Shown here: positions 36,671 to 40,612 of the stretch, piece by piece | How positions within the stretch are numbered: position 1 is the stretch's first letter | Layout of the letters: each line of letters begins with the position of its first letter | Virus record (IMG/VR): IMGVR_UViG_3300030606_000020 | Coordinates: 1-40,612 of that record | DNA: 40,612 nt | DNA from: a virus | Taxonomy: Duplodnaviria; Caudoviricetes | Direction: 5' to 3' (one strand) | Notes under the pieces: generated by a model | Database searches by the model: none | Seen by the model: only the letters and a program-made list of their open reading frames with translations | Told to the model about the DNA's origin: nothing | Translations under genes and position numbers: made by a program

Positions 36671-37257
36671 CCCTCGATCAATCACACATCGCCGGCCTTG
36701 AGCTGGCAAAGCGAGCCATGGAGCAACAGCGAGAGCGTTATGGCGGCGTGCACAAGGCCTCGCTGGCTTGTCTTGATGGACTTATCGAGATGGCCAAAGC
36801 CGCGTCTGCCGCTCTGGTGGTTTGCGCGTGCGGTGACCAATACCCGGCAACCAGCTATGGCGCCGGCTTCATTCACGGCTCCGGCATGTGCGAGAACTGC
36901 GATGCTGCGCTACCTGCTCGCGATATTCTGACCGCGCCTGAGCCTGTGCAGGGTGAGGCGGTGGCGTGGACATGGCAGGGTACCATCGACAGACTCAAAA
37001 ACTCAGCCGTTTACATGCCGGACGGTGTCGTGGTTTGGAAGCACAAGGCTCCGGGCGCGACAATACCGCTCTACACCGCGCTGCCATCGCCATCGCATGA
37101 CGCTGATCTTGTGGCACTCATGGCTGAAATGAGGCGTGGCATTGAGTGCGATTCGATACACCACTATCCCGCGGATTATCACGACCACGACGAGCCGTGC
37201 AAGGTACTCGACCGCATCGACGCCAAGCTCGCCGAGCTGCAGAAGGTGAAGCCATGA
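36667..37257 (+). CDS. Hypothetical protein with Cys motifs
   Basis: CACGD..CENC putative zinc ribbon; EPVQGEAVAW..IPLYT. Confidence 0.7.
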   Translation: MTLDQSHIAGLELAKRAMEQQRERYGGVHKASLACLDGLIEMAKAASAALVVCACGDQYPATSYGAGFIHGSGMCENCDAALPARDILTAPEPVQGEAVAWTWQGTIDRLKNSAVYMPDGVVVWKHKAPGATIPLYTALPSPSHDADLVALMAEMRRGIECDSIHHYPADYHDHDEPCKVLDRIDAKLAELQKVKP

Positions 37258-37346
37258 TCGCCGCGATGCTGGCGGTTATCGCCTACTGCCTGTTTATCGG
37301 CGTATTGTCGCTGTTCCTGCGCGGCGCACGGGATGGCGAGCCGTGA
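37254..37346 (+). CDS. 30-aa membrane peptide
   Basis: ATGA-coupled single TM. Confidence 0.5.
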   Translation: MIAAMLAVIAYCLFIGVLSLFLRGARDGEP

Positions 37347-37471
37347 CCAAAAAGAGCTGGAAGGTGCTGCTGCCAGGGCGCACGCCGATCGCGATGGTCG
37401 GCGAGGCGTGCACTTACGAGGAAGCGCTGGCGTATGCCCGCGGGATATGGCCACAGGCCGAGGTGGAATGA
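37343..37471 (+). CDS. 42-aa hypothetical protein (not in ORF track)
   Basis: GTGA-coupled; MTKKSWKVLLPGRTPIAMVGEACTYEEALAYARGIWPQAEVE. Confidence 0.6.
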   Translation: MTKKSWKVLLPGRTPIAMVGEACTYEEALAYARGIWPQAEVE

Positions 37472-37566
37472 TGGACGAGAATGGTGGTTTTTCCTGGGGC
37501 GCGCAGCTGATCACGGTTGTGCCGTTGTTGGCGGTTGGTCTGCTGCTGTTGTGGGTATTCCCATGA
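37468..37566 (+). CDS. 32-aa membrane peptide
   Basis: ATGA-coupled on both sides; single TM. Confidence 0.5.
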   Translation: MMDENGGFSWGAQLITVVPLLAVGLLLLWVFP

Positions 37567-38000
37567 GCGGCGGCGTGCTGGTCATCATCGAAGGGGAGCC
37601 GGTGGGCAAGGGCAGACCAAAGGCGTCAAGCCAGGGCGGCTTTGTGCGAATGTACACGCCCGAGAAGACGCGCACCTACGAGCAGCTGGTGGCCGACGAG
37701 GCCCGCAAGGCCATGGGTGGGCGCGAGCCTATCGCGGGGCCGTGCCTGCTCGAGCTGAGCCTGGTGCGCAGCGTGCCGGCCAGCTGGTCGAAGAAGAAGC
37801 GAGCCCAAGCGCTGGCCGGCGAACTGTTCCCGGCGAGCAAGCCCGACATTGACAACGTGGTGAAAGCGCTCTGCGACAGCTTCAATGCTATCGTTTGGGT
37901 CGATGACGTGCAGGTGGTCGACCTGGTCGCCCGCAAGCGCTACGGCGAGTTCCCGCATGTCGAGGCACGAATCACGCCGCTGACCGCGGCCATCGAATAG
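37563..38000 (+). CDS. rusA: Holliday junction resolvase
   Basis: GEPVGKGRP, YTPEKT, KPDIDNVVKAL.D, WVDDVQVV. Confidence 0.93.
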   Translation: MSGGVLVIIEGEPVGKGRPKASSQGGFVRMYTPEKTRTYEQLVADEARKAMGGREPIAGPCLLELSLVRSVPASWSKKKRAQALAGELFPASKPDIDNVVKALCDSFNAIVWVDDVQVVDLVARKRYGEFPHVEARITPLTAAIE

Positions 38001-38012
38001 GAGAACATCGGA

Positions 38013-38507
38013 ATGAGCGCCATTGTCACCAGGGATACGCTGCTAGCCTCCGCTGTCCGCGGCCTTATCTGGCGAGCCGAACACACTTGGACTATGGATG
38101 CTGGCGCGCCGATGTACTTCGGTTGGGTCGTGCCAGAAATCAAAATGGTATCGCTCGGCCGCGAGTACATCACACCCGGCAAATCGCTCAAGGTTGATCT
38201 GTACGAGGCCAGTTTTACGGGTGGGACCAACGTCACCACGCTGAACCGTGACCTCGGGGTTTCTGGGGCACTGACACCGATACAGGCCAAGCACAGCGTT
38301 ACCCCTGGCGCCCTGACCAACCGCATCACCGGATTCAACATCGAAACGCTGGGCGCTGTACGGGTTGGTCGCCTGGGCAACATCGAGCCCTATATGCATC
38401 CCCCGCTTGTTTCCTACGTCTTGGCCATAGAGAACCTGATAGCCGGCGCCGAGCCGTACTCCTTCTTCTTCGACTTCCGGCTGATGTTTCCAGGCGAAGA
38501 TCAGTAA
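38013..38507 (+). CDS. Hypothetical beta-rich protein
   Basis: AGGAG RBS; 164 aa; no recognised family. Confidence 0.7.
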   Translation: MSAIVTRDTLLASAVRGLIWRAEHTWTMDAGAPMYFGWVVPEIKMVSLGREYITPGKSLKVDLYEASFTGGTNVTTLNRDLGVSGALTPIQAKHSVTPGALTNRITGFNIETLGAVRVGRLGNIEPYMHPPLVSYVLAIENLIAGAEPYSFFFDFRLMFPGEDQ

Positions 38508-38512
38508 GCGTC

Positions 38513-38541
38513 TTGCCCGCGCACGCCGCTGCCAGTAGGCT
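38513..38541 (+). promoter_or_regulatory. Putative late promoter
   Basis: TTGCCC-17 nt-TAGGCT upstream of terS. Confidence 0.55.
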
Positions 38542-38576
38542 TTGCCTGTGCCCGTGGTGGCGCAATGTCCAACCCT

Positions 38577-38608
38577 GACCCCGGCCACGCGCCGGGGTCT
38601 TTCGTTTC
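38577..38608 (+). terminator. Intrinsic terminator just upstream of terS
   Basis: GACCCCGGC-cacgc-GCCGGGGTC-TTTCGTTTC. Confidence 0.7.
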
Positions 38609-38618
38609 AGCGTGGTGG

Positions 38619-39155
38619 ATGATGAAGACGAAGGAACCGACCGAAAAACGGCTGACGCAGAAGCAGCTGGCACTGATCGAGGTGCTGATGAGCACGCCGG
38701 GCATAACCCTGCGCGACGCCGGCTTGCAGGCCGGATACAGCAGCGCCGGGTCGCATGGCGCCGTGTGCAAGGCCATGACCCTGCCGCATGTGAAAGCCTA
38801 CTACGACGCCCAGCTGGCCAAGCGTGCTGAGCGCACCGGCATCGACGCCGACTATGTGCTGCAGCGCCTGGCGACCATCGAAACAATGGACGTGGCCGAC
38901 ATATTCGACGACGACGGCAAGCTGCTGCCCATCAAGCAGTGGCCGCTGATCTGGCGGCAGATGGTAAAAGAGGTGGACATGAAGACCGGCAAGATCAAGC
39001 TGCAGGACAAGCTGCGCACCCTGGAGCTGATTGGCAAGCATGTCGGCGTGCGGGCGTTCGCCGAGCAGATCGAGGTGACCGATACCACCGGCATTGCTGC
39101 GCGCATGCTCGCGGCCAGGGAGCGCGCCAGGAAAGCCAAGGACGCCGCCAAGTGA
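38619..39155 (+). CDS. terS: Terminase small subunit
   Basis: LTQKQ, AGYS, RAERTGIDADYVLQRL..MDVADIFDDDG.LLPIKQWP, DKLRTLELIGKH. Start codon uncertain. Confidence 0.92.
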   Translation: MMKTKEPTEKRLTQKQLALIEVLMSTPGITLRDAGLQAGYSSAGSHGAVCKAMTLPHVKAYYDAQLAKRAERTGIDADYVLQRLATIETMDVADIFDDDGKLLPIKQWPLIWRQMVKEVDMKTGKIKLQDKLRTLELIGKHVGVRAFAEQIEVTDTTGIAARMLAARERARKAKDAAK

Positions 39156-40612
39156 CAGCCTTGGCGCACGCCCCGACCAAGGATGATCTGGAGCAGGCGC
39201 TTGCCGACGATATGTCGCGCTTTCAGCATGACCCGCTGGGCTGGGTGATCTACTCGTTCGACTGGGGCCAGGGCGAACTGGAGAGTCAGGAAGGCCCGGA
39301 CGTGTGGCAGACCGATATCCTCAACATGCTGGGCGACTCGCTGCGCGCTGGCGAGATCAACAGCTGGGAGGCGATCCAGATCGCGGTCGCCTCCGGTCAC
39401 GGCATCGGCAAGTCGGCGCTGGTGTCCTGGCTGATCCTGTGGGCGCTGTCGACGTTCGTCGATACCAAGGGTGTGGTGACCGCCAACACGGAAACCCAGC
39501 TGCGCACCAAGACCTGGGCTGAGTTGGCCAAGTGGTACAGGCTGAGCATCATTCGGCACTGGTTCAAGCTGACCGCGACGGCGATATTCAGCGTGGACCC
39601 GGACCATGAAAAGACCTGGCGTATCGATCAGGTGCCGTGGTCGGCGCACAACACCGAGGCATTCGCCGGCCTGCACAACCAAGGCAAGCGCATCATTATC
39701 GTGTTCGACGAGGCGTCGACCATCGCCGACATGATTTGGGAAGTGACCGAGGGCGCACTGACCGACGCCAACACGGAAATCATGTGGGTCTGCTTCGGCA
39801 ACCCAACGCGCAACAGTGGCCGCTTTCGCCAGTGCTTCGCCAAGTACGCCCACCGCTGGATTCACCGGCAGATCGACAGCCGCCGCGCGCGCATGTCGAA
39901 CAAGGGCCAGATTGCAAAATGGGTCGCCGACTACGGCGAAGATTCCGACTTTGTCCGCGTGCGGGTGCGCGGCGTATTCCCGAGGGCTTCCGACTTGCAG
40001 CTGATACCGACCGACTGGGTGGCCGCTTCAATGAAGCGCGAGGCTTCCTACACGCTGAGCGATGCCCTGGTGTGCGGCATCGACATTGCCCGCGGTGGCT
40101 CCGACAACAACGTGATCAGGTTCCGCCGCGGCCTGGACGCGCGATCCATCCCCAAAATCAAGATACCGGGCAGCGAGACGCGCGACACGACGCGCTTTAT
40201 CGCCAAGGTCTGCACGGTGGTGGTCGAGCAGAAGCCGGACGCCGTTTTTGTCGACAGCACCGGGGTGGGCGGCCCGATCGCCGACCAGCTGCGCCGCCTG
40301 CTGCCTGGCGTGCCGATCATCGATGTGAACTTCGCCTGTGCAGCGCCTGACGCCCACTATTCGAACATGCGCACGTATATGTGGTGGAAGATGCGCGAGG
40401 GCATCCGCGCCGGCCTGGCAATCGATGACGACCCTGAACTGGAAACCGAACTGACCAGCCCCGAGTACAACCACAACGCCCGCGACCAGCTGCAGCTTGA
40501 GAAGAAAGACGATATCAAGAAGCGCCTCGGCATCAGCCCTGACGATGGCGACAGCCTGGCCCTGACCTACGCTATGCCTGTGATGAAAATACAGGACGCC
40601 GGCATGCATACC
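39152..40612 (+). CDS. terL: Terminase large subunit, running off the end and continuing at 240-305 (about 508 aa)
   Basis: GTG overlapping the terS stop; Walker A ASGHGIGKS, Walker B IVFDEAS, CFGNPTR, nuclease CGIDIARGGSD. Confidence 0.95.
   Translation, partial: MTALAHAPTKDDLEQALADDMSRFQHDPLGWVIYSFDWGQGELESQEGPDVWQTDILNMLGDSLRAGEINSWEAIQIAVASGHGIGKSALVSWLILWALSTFVDTKGVVTANTETQLRTKTWAELAKWYRLSIIRHWFKLTATAIFSVDPDHEKTWRIDQVPWSAHNTEAFAGLHNQGKRIIIVFDEASTIADMIWEVTEGALTDANTEIMWVCFGNPTRNSGRFRQCFAKYAHRWIHRQIDSRRARMSNKGQIAKWVADYGEDSDFVRVRVRGVFPRASDLQLIPTDWVAASMKREASYTLSDALVCGIDIARGGSDNNVIRFRRGLDARSIPKIKIPGSETRDTTRFIAKVCTVVVEQKPDAVFVDSTGVGGPIADQLRRLLPGVPIIDVNFACAAPDAHYSNMRTYMWWKMREGIRAGLAIDDDPELETELTSPEYNHNARDQLQLEKKDDIKKRLGISPDDGDSLALTYAMPVMKIQDAGMHT
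40374..40612. repeat. Direct terminal repeat, right copy
   Basis: Matches 1-239 with one mismatch. Confidence 0.97.

Noticed and set aside
38548-38600. tRNA-like 5' sequence GCCCGTGGTGGCGCAAT
   Set aside because: No T-loop or cloverleaf; it runs into the terminator.

Overview
The window is an apparently complete, circularly permuted dsDNA podophage genome of about 40,373 bp. Bases 1-239 repeat 40374-40612, and the join falls inside the large terminase gene. The morphogenesis genes resemble the BPP-1/epsilon15 group, and a Pseudomonas host is inferred from an AmrZ-like Arc protein and the holin types. The + strand late arm runs terS, terL, GNAT, portal, Bbp19-like, Gp49/Tad1-like, scaffold, major capsid, Bbp16 cement, tail tube A/B, ejection proteins (an SLT transglycosylase and a 2333-aa polyvalent protein), two holins, a beta-helix tailspike, an M15 endolysin and Rz/Rz1. 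The - strand early arm holds a Cas4-like nuclease, a RecT-like annealase, a tandem FtsK-gamma protein, a Rad50/SMC-like ATPase, the Arc protein and many small ORFs. The + strand replication arm holds an XRE HTH, a DUF1376 initiator with iterons, DnaB and RusA. I found no integrase, CI-type repressor, Q antiterminator, reverse transcriptase, tRNA or CRISPR array. The most notable items are: (1) ART-like, GNAT and zincin cassettes bounded by L-[N/E]-Q motifs in the ejected polyvalent protein; (2) a Tad1-like nucleotide sponge inside the head operon; (3) tandem FtsK-gamma domains with degenerate DNA-recognition helices; (4) stacked siphovirus tail-gene relics behind the tailspike; (5) a promoter-terminator late switch with no recognisable Q. 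All family assignments come from motif recognition, not database searches.
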